From: an uncultured Dehalococcoidia bacterium
Lineage (GTDB): Bacteria; Chloroflexota; Dehalococcoidia; Lucifugimonadales; GCA-2712585
Length of the DNA stretch: 64,000 nucleotides
Assembly: GCA_964439905.1 (NCBI GenBank)
Contig: CAYTPK010000025.1
Span: forward strand, 1,987 to 65,986
Direction: 5' to 3'
The notes beneath the pieces were generated by a model, which saw only the letters and a program-made list of their open reading frames with translations, was not told the origin of the DNA and did no database searches. Position numbers and translations under genes: made by a program. Positions 1 to 10,253 of the stretch are shown here, piece by piece. How positions within the stretch are numbered: position 1 is the stretch's first letter; every line of letters begins with the position of its first letter.

Positions 1-704
1 GATTCTATATACTCTATGGTGGTACTGTCGAAACCGACGGCCCGCCAGGAGCTAAAGCAATAGGAAGTGCCCTTGAATCTCTAGGCCAAAAGGTTATCTA
101 CCTAACGGATCGTTACTGTAAACCGATTATGGATGCTCTAGCAAGCCCCACAGAACAAACCCTTGAATTCCCGGTAACTAATGCTGATAAAAGCAACCAA
201 TTTGCTCGCGAATTCCTTGAAGACATTCGACCTTCATTATTGATATCTATAGAAAGATGTAGTCCTTCATCGGACGGGATTTATAGGAATATGTTGTCCA
301 AGGACGTATCCGGATTCACCGCCAAAATTGACACGTTATTTGATATTTTCCCCCATTCTATAGGCATTGGAGACGGGGGGAACGAAATTGGCATGGGTAA
401 GTTGCAAGATGTAATACCAAATCACCCCAAATTACCGCAACAACCTGCTGCAACAGCGACAGATCAGTTACTTATTGCCAGCGTTTCAAATTGGGGAGGA
501 TGGGGATTAGTCGCAGGCCTCTCCAGCATTACAGGGAAAAAATTGCTGCCCTCTATAGAAGATGAGCAATACAGATTGAACCAATGTGTCGAATTAGGAT
601 TGGTAGATGGTTTCACAGGGGAGGTAAAACCATACGTCGATGGATTCAGCTCAGAAGAGTACACAATGCCACTCCGGGAATTGCACGAATTTTTAGAGAG
701 ATAA
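1..704 (+). CDS. DUF4392 / D-glutamate cyclase-like protein (5' end outside window)
   Basis: The frame is open from base 3 (FYILYGGTVETDGPPGAKAIG...) and runs into track ORF 129..704. Motifs ETDGPPGA and GIGDGGNEIGMG are present. Confidence 0.5.
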   Translation, partial: FYILYGGTVETDGPPGAKAIGSALESLGQKVIYLTDRYCKPIMDALASPTEQTLEFPVTNADKSNQFAREFLEDIRPSLLISIERCSPSSDGIYRNMLSKDVSGFTAKIDTLFDIFPHSIGIGDGGNEIGMGKLQDVIPNHPKLPQQPAATATDQLLIASVSNWGGWGLVAGLSSITGKKLLPSIEDEQYRLNQCVELGLVDGFTGEVKPYVDGFSSEEYTMPLRELHEFLER

Positions 705-727
705 GGTGCAGAAACAAGACTTTCCCC

Positions 728-2326
728 TTAAACTCCCTTAAGCTCTAAGCTTTTTACTTCACATGTCTCAAGGTTCATCATTCTTACAAGATGGTTGTTG
801 GTATCAGCGACAAAAAGGCTTCCTCGACTCAATGAAATATCACCTGGCTCGTATACCTGTGAATCAAGCCCCGTGCTATTCCTAAATCCAAATATCCCAC
901 TTCCTAATATGGTTCGCACTTGGCTGGTCGCTATGTCCAATATCTTGATCTTATGATTATAGGTATCAGCGATATATATGTTTCCATCATAATATTCCAC
1001 GCCCATTGGATGTTGCAAAAGTGCATTCGCGATGTCCCCATCTTCATCGCCAAAGACAAAAAGTCCCTTACCAATTAAGGTGCGAACATATCCTTGCCCA
1101 TCGGCAGGGAACCAACGAACTGAACTAGTCTCGCTGTCAACAAAGAAAATATTTTTGCCATCTGTGGTAATACCGCTAGTTTGAGCAAGTTGGGCCTCAG
1201 ACAACGTATCGTCCAAGATCCCCTCTCGACCAGTACCGACATAAGGAATGATTTTATTTTCCGTCTCTTCTAAGATCCATATTTGATGTGAACCCGCCAT
1301 TGCTATAAAAAGAGTGGTCCCGATAAGAACTAAATCCCATGGCGAATTTAAACTGGTTGTTTTAGTTTCTCCTCCAAGACTGCCCCATGATCCCTGTTCT
1401 CCAATACCCGCCATCGTGGTTACAGTCCTTCTAACAAGATCGACCTTTCTTATTGCATGGTTTTCAGTGTCCGCTATATACAGCCATTCTCCATTCAAGG
1501 CTAAACCTTGAGGGTGATCAAAAGTCGCTGACGTGTAATCGCCGTCTAAAAAACCTGGTGAAGATCCACCGATAATGCTATGAGTTTCCCCATCAAAATC
1601 TGTTATCAAAATACGATTGTGATTTGTATCAGAAATATACAGGCGCGAATTAACAGAATCTGCTAACAGCTTACCAGGGAATGCCAAAGCGTTGTCATGG
1701 GTATTTACCACTTTTTTGTGAAGAGGCTTCGTGTCTAATATTCCACTCTGCGTATACGCATGTATCATGTTTTTCAACAAATCATCAAAAACCTTATATG
1801 GCAATTCACCTTCGTGTTTACCAATAACTTTTCCTATTGGATCGATAAATATTAAAGTAGGCCAAGCCCTTATCGCATAATTTTTCCACACCAAAAACTG
1901 ATTATCATTCACAACAGGGTGACTCAATTCATTTCTTAAAACCGCTTGTTTAAGATTAGCGGTTTCCATTTCCCCGGTAAATTTAGCTGCGTGCACCCCG
2001 ATAACAACCAATTCTCGGTGATACTTCTCTTCTAGCTTCCGCAACTGCGGAAGAAGGTGAATGCAATTAATTCAACAGTAGGTCCAAAAATCTAAAATCA
2101 CGATCTTTCCACTAAGCTCTCTAAGCGTTAGTGGTTTATCTGTGTTGATCCATTCTAAGCCCTTTGGAAATTCCGGAGCCGTAATTTGACTCTTAAACCT
2201 TGCTTCAGACACACTGTCCCTCCCAGATGCAGAATAGCCCCTATTACCTAGTACCAAGGCTTCCCTAATTGTAGTCCAAATCTTCTCTGTTTGGTCCATA
2301 AACAAATTGAGAGGATAAACACTCAC
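728..2326 (-). CDS. Thioredoxin-fold + NHL-repeat protein (NHLRC2-like), predicted selenoprotein; TGA at 2072-2074 read as Sec; 532 aa
   Basis: Track ORFs 2072..2326 and 728..2044 share a frame and are separated by TGA plus 9 sense codons. The junction reads [19 protein letters not shown] (CCINC motif with U). A hairpin follows. The C-terminal part has repeated NHL blades (ADTxNHxIR). Confidence 0.7.
2036..2053 (-). promoter_or_regulatory. Candidate bacterial SECIS stem-loop
   Basis: The mRNA reads CUUCCGC-AGUU-GCGGAAG, a perfect 7-bp stem with a GU-containing tetraloop. It starts 18 nt 3' of the in-frame UGA. Confidence 0.5.
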
Positions 2327-2470
2327 ACATCTTTTTGGATTCCAGTCGATCGAAAATTAACCTTAATTATATTGATTACTATCGCAAAACTTTACAGAAT
2401 GCATATATGAAAATGGCATAGTTTGACTTTGTGAAGTAATATTTATCCATATTCTTAATGGAATGCATTT

Positions 2471-3193
2471 ATGCGCAACAAAATCCTGGCCAACTTTAAA
2501 TTAGGCGTTAAGTCTATCGAGGACGGATCAACGATTATGATCCCAGGCTTTGCTGGTCCCGGAACACCGAGAAATCTAATATCCGCCCTTATAAAACAAG
2601 GCGCCAAAAACCTAACTGGAATATCTAATCACCCTGGGGCTGGTCCTTATGACGATCAATTAGACCTCGGCGATCTAATCAAGAATGGACAAGTAAAAAA
2701 GATGATATGTTGCTTTACCGCTGCTCCACACCCTTCCCAAGCTACAGACTTCGAAATCATGAACGAGAACGGACAGATAGAAGGTGAAATCTTGCCTCAG
2801 GGCACTCTCGCAGAAAGAATTCGGGCTGCAGCTTCTGGTTTAGGTGCATTTTACACACAAGCCGGAGTTGGTACAGAGCTGGCAAAAGGCAGGGAACGTC
2901 GGATTATAGATGGGAAAGAATATCTTTTAGAATATCCTCTACACGCCGATTACGCATTTATACGTGCCCATAGGGCGGACACATTTGGAAATCTCCAATT
3001 CCGTCTTTCTCAGCGCAACTTCAATCCAATCATGGCGATGGCTGCCAAGACAACTATCGTAGAGGTTGAAACTGATATCGTATCAGTAGGTGAAATCGAT
3101 CCAGATCAAATTCACACGTCAGGCATATTCATAGATCACATCATTAGAATCCCGGACACTGGTATATGGGATCATCCCATATATAGAGCCTGA
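2471..3193 (+). CDS. Family I CoA-transferase, subunit A (3-oxoacid CoA-transferase-like)
   Basis: 240 aa with family resemblance, immediately followed by the B subunit. Confidence 0.8.
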   Translation: MRNKILANFKLGVKSIEDGSTIMIPGFAGPGTPRNLISALIKQGAKNLTGISNHPGAGPYDDQLDLGDLIKNGQVKKMICCFTAAPHPSQATDFEIMNENGQIEGEILPQGTLAERIRAAASGLGAFYTQAGVGTELAKGRERRIIDGKEYLLEYPLHADYAFIRAHRADTFGNLQFRLSQRNFNPIMAMAAKTTIVEVETDIVSVGEIDPDQIHTSGIFIDHIIRIPDTGIWDHPIYRA

Positions 3194-3218
3194 TTTTTCA
3201 CGTCGAGGTGTACACGCG

Positions 3219-3887
3219 ATGACCCAGAAAACTAAACTTAATCGTCAGCAAATTGCCAACAGGCTTGCGAAGGAATTTGAAGATGGTTGGTTAGTAAATC
3301 TAGGAATTGGCATTCCTACACTTTGCTCAAACTATGAACAACCTGGTAAAACTATCATTTACCATTCCGAAAACGGCGTGATTGGATATGGCCCTATACA
3401 AAAAAAGGGAGAGGAGGATATCCATCTTGTCAACGCAGGAGGACAATACATAACGCTGATACCCGGCGCCTCTATCGTAGACCACGCCGACTCATTTGCC
3501 ATTATCCGCAGTGGCCGCCTGGATTTGACAGTAATGGGGGCATACGAAGTAGCAGAAAACGGAGACTTCGCCAATTGGAAAACCCTTGGCAGAAAAGGCG
3601 GAGGGATAGGAGGAGCAATGGATTTAGCCATTGGAGCTAAAAGAGTGTTTTTAGGCCTACAACACACTACTCGAGATGGGACCCCCAGACTGCGCAGTAC
3701 GTGTTCACTGCCTCCTACTGCAAAAGGAGTGGCAAAATTGGTTTGTACAGACCTCGGGCTTTTCGAAATTACAACCAATGGATTCTTACTGAAAGAAATA
3801 GCTCCTGGTTATGCCCCTGCTGAGGTTCAAGCCATGACAGACGCACAGATCATCGTGTCTAATTCACTCAAAGAAATTTCGCTCTAG
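3219..3887 (+). CDS. Family I CoA-transferase, subunit B
   Basis: 222 aa. The catalytic-Glu signature SENG is present (IIYHSENGVIGYGP). Confidence 0.8.
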   Translation: MTQKTKLNRQQIANRLAKEFEDGWLVNLGIGIPTLCSNYEQPGKTIIYHSENGVIGYGPIQKKGEEDIHLVNAGGQYITLIPGASIVDHADSFAIIRSGRLDLTVMGAYEVAENGDFANWKTLGRKGGGIGGAMDLAIGAKRVFLGLQHTTRDGTPRLRSTCSLPPTAKGVAKLVCTDLGLFEITTNGFLLKEIAPGYAPAEVQAMTDAQIIVSNSLKEISL

Positions 3888-4034
3888 ATCAACACGATGG
3901 TTCCTATCTAGAGCCTGACTGCAAATCCTCATCCAAATAGCTTACTGACTTCTCCTTTCCCCTAATATTCATAGAAATGCACAAATACCATACCTGGATA
4001 AATAGCCTACAGAATTCTAGTCATATAACACCAC

Positions 4035-4063
4035 TTGACATGTATTGTATCAACTTTTAATAT
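4035..4063 (+). promoter_or_regulatory. Sigma70-type promoter of the hspR-grpE-dnaK operon, overlapped by an imperfect inverted repeat
   Basis: TTGACA (4035-4040), 17-nt spacer, TAATAT (4058-4063). The inverted repeat TTGAcA-N7-TaTCAA spans 4035-4053. Confidence 0.5.
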
Positions 4064-4110
4064 ATCTATGCACTGATCATACTATAGTCAGGATAGACAA
4101 ACGCCATATA

Positions 4111-4599
4111 ATGCAACAACATTACAATCAAACTTCCGTTGGCCCATCATTTTATAGGATATCATCCCGACTCAAGCCTCATGCTTTGGATAAGTCGTCA
4201 CATAACGAACCCCAAACCGCAGATTCAACCTCAGATTACACAACAGTTGAGGGTGTATATATTATCAGTGTAGCTGCCAGAATATTACAAATGCATCCTC
4301 AGACCCTTCGTAAATATGAGAAGTTAGGATTGATACAGCCTTCAAGAACCGTTGGGATGCTTCGTTTATATTCCGAAGAAGATCTGGCTAAGCTGAGATT
4401 GATCAGATACCTCGAAAATGACCTTGGAATGAACTTGGCAGGTGTTACATTTACACTAAATTTATTAGAACAATTAATCGAACTGGAAAATAGGTTATTA
4501 CGTCAAGCCCAAGTACAAGTTCGTAACAATCATATTGAGCATGAAATACAACAGCTTTTTCAAAGACTAAACTTGCCTTACGAAATAATAATGAGATGA
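4111..4599 (+). CDS. hspR: HspR-like MerR-family heat-shock repressor
   Basis: The HTH region YIISVAARILQMHPQTLRKYEKLGLIQPSRTVGMLRLYSEEDL matches HspR. The track ORF starts at 4045, inside the predicted promoter, so ATG 4111 is preferred. The start remains uncertain. Confidence 0.7.
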   Translation: MQQHYNQTSVGPSFYRISSRLKPHALDKSSHNEPQTADSTSDYTTVEGVYIISVAARILQMHPQTLRKYEKLGLIQPSRTVGMLRLYSEEDLAKLRLIRYLENDLGMNLAGVTFTLNLLEQLIELENRLLRQAQVQVRNNHIEHEIQQLFQRLNLPYEIIMR

Positions 4600-4605
4600 A
4601 AACCC

Positions 4606-5226
4606 ATGGGAAAAAGTAATCCAAAGGACTCTACCTCAGACCCTCGACCTGATCACTCTACGGAAGGGGAGATTGACCCTATTGTAGGTGAAGCTGCAGA
4701 AACAGATGCATCAATTTCTATAGAGGAATCGTCCCAAGAGATCGAACAACTCACAAACACCCTCCAACGTGTTCAGGCTGACTTTGTAAATTTTAAGCGT
4801 AGGTCTCAAGAAGATAAACAGGAATCGCTTAAATTTGCCAACGGACAATTAATTCTAAAAATCCTTCCCATAGTTGACGAATTCCATATGGCATTGAAAC
4901 AGTCCGACTCTGCTGATAGATCTGGGTCATGGAGAGAAGGATTTGATCTAGTCTTTAGAAAGCTACACCAAACTCTTGAATCTGCAGGCGTCACACGCAT
5001 TAAACCTTGTGGGATGCCTTTCAATCCGTTTGAACATGAAGCTCTATCTCAATTGGAGACCTCAGAGCACAAAGAAGGAATAATCATAGAAGTAATCAGG
5101 GATGGGTACAAACTTCACGATAGGGTACTGCGTCCCGCACAGGTAATAGTGGCGAAAGAAGCCTCAAATGAAAATACTAATTCAAGCAAATCTAATTTGC
5201 CGTATGAAGAAAAGGAGAACCTATAA
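4606..5226 (+). CDS. grpE: Nucleotide exchange factor GrpE
   Basis: [21 protein letters not shown] and the C-terminal GrpE fold motifs. It lies directly upstream of dnaK. Confidence 0.9.
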   Translation: MGKSNPKDSTSDPRPDHSTEGEIDPIVGEAAETDASISIEESSQEIEQLTNTLQRVQADFVNFKRRSQEDKQESLKFANGQLILKILPIVDEFHMALKQSDSADRSGSWREGFDLVFRKLHQTLESAGVTRIKPCGMPFNPFEHEALSQLETSEHKEGIIIEVIRDGYKLHDRVLRPAQVIVAKEASNENTNSSKSNLPYEEKENL

Positions 5227-7124
5227 TGCCGAAGATTATCGGAATAGACCTCGGGACCACAAACTCTGTTGCAGCCGTAATAGAGGCAGGTGAACCTACG
5301 GTAGTAGAAAATGCGGAGGGTGGTCGTATTACCCCATCGGTAGTTGCAATCAATACCAAGACATCAGAACGATTTGTTGGCCAGCCAGCCAAACGTCAGG
5401 CAGTGACTAATCCAGAAAACACGATTTTCTCGGTGAAGCGTCTTATGGGACGAAAATACGACGATGGTGAAACACAAAATGCTAAAACTGTCCTGCCATA
5501 TAAAGTTGTTAAATCAACCAACGGAGATACTCATGTTGAAATGAGTGGGGAAAGTTTCGCACCTCCACAAATATCTGCAATGGTTCTGCAAAAGATTAAA
5601 CAGGATGCCGAAGCAAAATTCGGAGAAAAAATCCTTCAAGCTGTAATCACAGTGCCCGCATATTTCAACGACTCTCAACGTCAGGCCACCAAGGACGCTG
5701 GGCAAATAGCAGGGCTCGAAGTTTTACGTATCATCAATGAACCAACTGCCGCATCCTTGGCATACGGTATGGATAAGGGCACTGGGGACAGGACCCTCGC
5801 CGTTTTTGATCTCGGCGGAGGAACATTCGATATCACAATACTACAAATGGGAGGCGGTGTCTTCGAAGTGAAGTCAACCAACGGAGATACGTTTCTCGGA
5901 GGGGATGACTTTGATCAAAAGATAATGAATTGGCTGATAAAGGAATTCAAAAAAGACAGCGGAATAGATCTTAGTAAGGATCGAATGGCGCTTCAACGAC
6001 TTAGAGAGGCTTCAGAAAAAGCTAAAGTTGAATTATCAAGTGTTCTACAGACGGAGATAAATCTCCCATTTATAACCGCGGACACCAGTGGCCCTAAACA
6101 TTTGCTGATGACTCTCACAAGAGCTCAGCTCCAAGTATTAATAGAGGATCTCGTTAAGAGAACAACCGAACCATGTCTTCAGGCGATTACAGACGCTGGA
6201 TTGAAATCTACGGACATTGACGAAGTAATTTTAGTTGGAGGCATGACTAGAGCTCCAATAATCCAAGAAAAGGTTCAGGAATTGTTCGGAAGGGAACCCA
6301 ATCGTAACGTTAATCCTGATGAAGCAGTAGCTATGGGAGCTGCTATACAAGCCGGTGTATTACAAGGTGAAGTCCAGGACCTCCTCCTTCTAGATGTTAC
6401 TCCCCTCACTTTGGGGCTGGAAACTCTTGGAGGAGTAGCAACTTCCTTAATTGATAGAAACACCACCATCCCTACATCAAAAAGTGAGACGTTCACTACA
6501 GCAGCTGATAGTCAAACAAGTGTAGAAATCCATGTGGTACAAGGTGAACGCCCCATGGCAGTCGATAACAAGTCAACGGGCCGTTTTATTCTTGATGGGA
6601 TTCTCCCTGCCCCACGTGGAGTACCACAAGTGGAAGTTACATTTGACATCGATGCCAACGGCATTTTAAGTGTCTCTGCCAAAGACAAGGGAACTGGAAA
6701 GGAACAAAAAATTGTTATCCAGCCAAGCTCTGGGCTCTCCAAAGAAGAGGTGGACGAAATGGTTGGAAAGGCCACGGAGTACGCCGAAGAAGACAAACGA
6801 AAAAAACTAGAAGTGGAAACTCGCAATCAGGCTGATAATCTCGTTTATAGCGTAGAAAAAATGGTGAATGAGAACGGTGACAAACTTCCAGAAGATCTGA
6901 AATCACAAGTTGAATCCGATGTATCAACCCTGAAAGAATCTATAACTAACAATGACATCGCCGCTATGCAAAGCAATATAAACATTGTTAACGAATCACT
7001 GCAGAAGATTGGCCAAGCAATTTATTCGCAAGAAACAACACCTGACGACTCCTCGAATGCCGATCCAGAATCGCAACAAGAGGGAGATGACACAGTTGAG
7101 GGAGAATATCGGGAAGTGAACTAA
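5226..7124 (+). CDS. dnaK: Molecular chaperone DnaK (Hsp70)
   Basis: 632 aa with [18 protein letters not shown] and [11 protein letters not shown]. Confidence 0.97.
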   Translation: MPKIIGIDLGTTNSVAAVIEAGEPTVVENAEGGRITPSVVAINTKTSERFVGQPAKRQAVTNPENTIFSVKRLMGRKYDDGETQNAKTVLPYKVVKSTNGDTHVEMSGESFAPPQISAMVLQKIKQDAEAKFGEKILQAVITVPAYFNDSQRQATKDAGQIAGLEVLRIINEPTAASLAYGMDKGTGDRTLAVFDLGGGTFDITILQMGGGVFEVKSTNGDTFLGGDDFDQKIMNWLIKEFKKDSGIDLSKDRMALQRLREASEKAKVELSSVLQTEINLPFITADTSGPKHLLMTLTRAQLQVLIEDLVKRTTEPCLQAITDAGLKSTDIDEVILVGGMTRAPIIQEKVQELFGREPNRNVNPDEAVAMGAAIQAGVLQGEVQDLLLLDVTPLTLGLETLGGVATSLIDRNTTIPTSKSETFTTAADSQTSVEIHVVQGERPMAVDNKSTGRFILDGILPAPRGVPQVEVTFDIDANGILSVSAKDKGTGKEQKIVIQPSSGLSKEEVDEMVGKATEYAEEDKRKKLEVETRNQADNLVYSVEKMVNENGDKLPEDLKSQVESDVSTLKESITNNDIAAMQSNINIVNESLQKIGQAIYSQETTPDDSSNADPESQQEGDDTVEGEYREVN

Positions 7125-7215
7125 CTGAATTTCGCATTCTACACTAACGAAATTTGCTCGGTTCTCTGTTATACTGGCTGCAGGTAGAATTTATAGGAGG
7201 TCGATATTCCCTAGA

Positions 7216-7518
7216 ATGGACATCATTCCAACAGGCAAAAACCTCCCGTTAGTACTCCCCAATGGAGATCGCCCTCTAGCCCCCTTTTCTAACTACAATC
7301 CACTGCAACGCCATTTGCTGGAACGATTTAAATACTACCTATCCCTACAGGAAAAGTGTCACCAAGATCCCGCAACTGAGTCATGGAAGGGAAAATTGGT
7401 AGATAGAGCCACATATTCGGCATACCTAGATTGCAAAGAGCAAGGGCTTATCAGTGCCGCCAATCTTTTAATGTACTCCGACGCCCCATCTGAACAGACT
7501 TCCCAAAGCCCCTCGTAA
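7216..7518 (+). CDS. Hypothetical protein (100 aa)
   Basis: ORF with AGGAGG 15 nt upstream. No family recognised. Confidence 0.4.
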   Translation: MDIIPTGKNLPLVLPNGDRPLAPFSNYNPLQRHLLERFKYYLSLQEKCHQDPATESWKGKLVDRATYSAYLDCKEQGLISAANLLMYSDAPSEQTSQSPS

Positions 7519-7524
7519 GTATAT

Positions 7525-7539
7525 GGGCCCCGCGGGCCC
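7525..7539. terminator. GC-only hairpin between convergent genes
   Basis: GGGCCC-cgc-GGGCCC, a 6-bp GC stem with a 3-nt loop. It lies between 7216..7518(+) and 7558..8673(-). Confidence 0.4.
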
Positions 7540-7557
7540 GGGCATGTGAGGCCATAC

Positions 7558-8673
7558 TCAAAGTCTGTGGTAGGGAAATATGGCAGATTTAACCTCACCA
7601 GATATTTTAAGGGCATGATTGACTACCTGTTCATGTAGGTCCAGTTCCAAGTGGGGCATATGGTCATCTCTCAATAGGCTGAACCCCTTTTGTCTTGCAT
7701 AATCCAGTGGTATGTCATTAGGCCAATCTCGATCTATCATGACACCATAAGCCAGTGTCCAACATCGAGCAACTGCATCAATATCATATCCTCCACCTCC
7801 CAATGCCAGCCACGGCCTTTCGAAAGCAGCTAATTTTTTAATTATCGAAGAGAATCCTTTGGATGTGAGTTGCAGATGAGTTATTGGGTCCTTGTAATGC
7901 GTATCTATACCCAACTGAGTAGTTATAACATCGGGATCAAAAGCCTCCACGATCGGGATAACAAGCTCATTAAATAGTCTGATATAAGTTACGTCATCTG
8001 TAAATGGAAATAGAGGAATGTTTACCGAATACCCCTTGCCAGGGCCAAGGCCAATTTCGTCGGTAAATCCAGTCCCCGGGAATAAGTATTTACCAGATTC
8101 ATGTATAGATATCGTAATTACCTGATCAGAGTCATAGTAGGCGTTCTGTACTCCATCTCCATGATGGCAGTCGATATCAATATAAGCTACTCTCATTCCT
8201 TTATCTAAAAAGTGGTTTATTGCTATCACTGGATCGTTAAACACACAAAACCCGGAAGCCCTATCGGGCGCCGCATGATGAAGACCACCACCTATGTTGA
8301 ATACCCTGTCAACGGAACCTTCACACAGTAGCTCTGCTCCCATAATCGAGCCTCCTGTACTTATTAACGCTGATTCATACATCCCTTGAAAATAGGGATT
8401 ATCTCCTGTAAGACTGAAATTATACTTGCCTGGATCAAATCTCTGGGAGCCTTTACTGAGGGATTCCACAGCGGAGATATATTCGAAACTATGAAAACTT
8501 TGTAATTCTTGCTCAGTTGCTACTCGTGGTCTCACCAGATAATGGTCAAGGTCAAAGGCTCCATAGGCATCTAACAGATCATAGGTATTCTTTATTCGAA
8601 TAGGTTTCATAGGATGATCCGAACGGAGCACATGTTCGGCCATCAACTCGTGATATATGAAAGCCGTTTTCAA
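7558..8673 (-). CDS. Histone deacetylase-family protein (AcuC / acetoin utilisation-like deacetylase)
   Basis: 371 aa with GGGLHHA, DIDCHHGDGVQ and the class I HDAC layout. Confidence 0.8.
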   Translation of the reverse strand: MKTAFIYHELMAEHVLRSDHPMKPIRIKNTYDLLDAYGAFDLDHYLVRPRVATEQELQSFHSFEYISAVESLSKGSQRFDPGKYNFSLTGDNPYFQGMYESALISTGGSIMGAELLCEGSVDRVFNIGGGLHHAAPDRASGFCVFNDPVIAINHFLDKGMRVAYIDIDCHHGDGVQNAYYDSDQVITISIHESGKYLFPGTGFTDEIGLGPGKGYSVNIPLFPFTDDVTYIRLFNELVIPIVEAFDPDVITTQLGIDTHYKDPITHLQLTSKGFSSIIKKLAAFERPWLALGGGGYDIDAVARCWTLAYGVMIDRDWPNDIPLDYARQKGFSLLRDDHMPHLELDLHEQVVNHALKISGEVKSAIFPYHRL

Positions 8674-8869
8674 TTTTACCTCTTAAAGTTCATAGGAGCT
8701 ATTTCAAATTTTGGCATAGCATCTATTCAATTTCCACCCACAATGTCACAGGAATATACATATAGATTACCTGTTCAATCAATAATTTAACCGTTGTCTA
8801 TCACGGTACGAAGACCTGAAAGATTTTTCATTTTGTAGGCTACCGAAGGAATTACACCACAACCTATTT

Positions 8870-9691
8870 TTACGTACCAATTCTAGGACCAACTCCGCAT
8901 ATTGATTTCAACGCCTCGATAGCAGAAAGTATTGCCAGATAACTTGTTCGTGGATTTGTAATATGCGGCTTGTTTTCCAATCGAAATCGAAAAACTCCAA
9001 AATCACCTCTAGCAAAAATTTCGTGTACATTGCCAGGTGCTTTAGGATCGGCCACTACCTTGACTTTGGTTTTCTCTGGACCTATTCCGGCCAAACTTAA
9101 CGTAACCCCAACGTTTACATTGGCAGGAAATGCTTGAATAGCCTGCAAGGCATTGCCTTCAAAAATGATCCGTGGTTCGACAAAATCTACAGCTTCCCAT
9201 TCTTGGAACCCGGGAGCTCCAATAAGTCCCCTCGGTGGCTTAGTGCTAGTCAAAACAACTTCTTTCAATAAGTGTCTGACAGCACGAATTGCATCTACTC
9301 CACCAAGTGCGCCAGATGGCACAATCAACTTGGATTCATTTTCTTCCGCAATTTTAGAAATCTTCTTAAAAAACTCTGAGTCTGCCAAAGCCCCTGAACT
9401 TAACATTAGCAAACTCAATCTCGCCCCAAGAATCTCGGGCCCTAACATCCTTACGGCTTTTGGTGCCGCGCATTCAATTACCAGATCCATCCCTTCGGTG
9501 GAAAGAAATTCCTGAAAATCTGAAAATTGTTGAACACGATCAGAGATTTTCCCTTGGATGTGAGTCAGCTTTTTTTCATCCTGATCATAAAGTGATACTA
9601 ACTCGGCGCCGTCAATCTCACCACGGTCAATAATCATAGCCATTTCTGTGCCAATAGCTCCACACCCTAATACACCTACACGGGTCATCAT
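8870..9691 (-). CDS. nadX: L-aspartate dehydrogenase (NadX-like)
   Basis: VGVLGCGAIG Rossmann motif plus a C-terminal Asp-dehydrogenase domain (PSGALGGVDA, TKPP, NPRTS). The start is ATG 9691 or 9688, after AAGGTGG. Confidence 0.75.
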   Translation of the reverse strand: MMTRVGVLGCGAIGTEMAMIIDRGEIDGAELVSLYDQDEKKLTHIQGKISDRVQQFSDFQEFLSTEGMDLVIECAAPKAVRMLGPEILGARLSLLMLSSGALADSEFFKKISKIAEENESKLIVPSGALGGVDAIRAVRHLLKEVVLTSTKPPRGLIGAPGFQEWEAVDFVEPRIIFEGNALQAIQAFPANVNVGVTLSLAGIGPEKTKVKVVADPKAPGNVHEIFARGDFGVFRFRLENKPHITNPRTSYLAILSAIEALKSICGVGPRIGT

Positions 9692-9855
9692 AAATCCACC
9701 TTTCTTCAATTTAATCCTATCAGCGAATTATCTGATAAATAGTCACGGAAGTCACAACCCTAAGAAAACAACGGTTTGCCAATCATAATTACTGATACCA
9801 TATTAAACATTCAATCGCAACAATTTAAAAAACTTGGCTCATTTATTCTATTGAT

Positions 9856-10176
9856 TCACATCCCTTTAATAATTTCTGTATCCCAGTCTAAAAGATCGGC
9901 ATCACCTCTGAATTTGTCTATGAATTTTATTACCCGGAGTATGACATCATTAGTAGGTTTAGCCTCACTACCCACACAAGCTATTCCCAATGTTAGACGT
10001 TGCCATAAATCTTGATGATCTACCTCGGACACTGAAACCGGGAATCCATCTCTAATTCTCCTGATAATGCTTTGAGAAAGCGCTCTCTTAGCCTTGAGAT
10101 TTTGAGCCATCGGAAGATGCAAATAAATTCGACACAAGGCAACGTTCAAGAAAACCCCCTTCATACCTTTTCTCAA
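9856..10176 (-). CDS. DUF503 (YlxP-like) protein
   Basis: LHLPMAQNLKAKRALSQSIIRRIRDGFPVSVSEVDHQDLWQRLTLGIACV matches the DUF503 pattern. Confidence 0.6.
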   Translation of the reverse strand: MRKGMKGVFLNVALCRIYLHLPMAQNLKAKRALSQSIIRRIRDGFPVSVSEVDHQDLWQRLTLGIACVGSEAKPTNDVILRVIKFIDKFRGDADLLDWDTEIIKGM

Positions 10177-10253
10177 AAATTTAATGGATTAGCCCGTTTA
10201 TATAAAGACTTACTTGCATTGGATTCTCCCTGTATGCTCAAATTGGTGACGTT

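Noticed and set aside
4597-4608. hspR and grpE are in the same frame, separated only by TGA plus two codons, which could be another read-through or Sec site.
   Set aside because: The two products are independent, complete protein families. GrpE has its own ATG, no Cys-homologous position is involved, and no hairpin follows. This is coincidental frame identity.
7125-7215. AT-rich hairpin GAATTTCG...CGAAATTT after dnaK, considered as a terminator.
   Set aside because: The stem is 7 bp and AT-rich, the loop is 13 nt, and there is no T-run. It is too weak to call.
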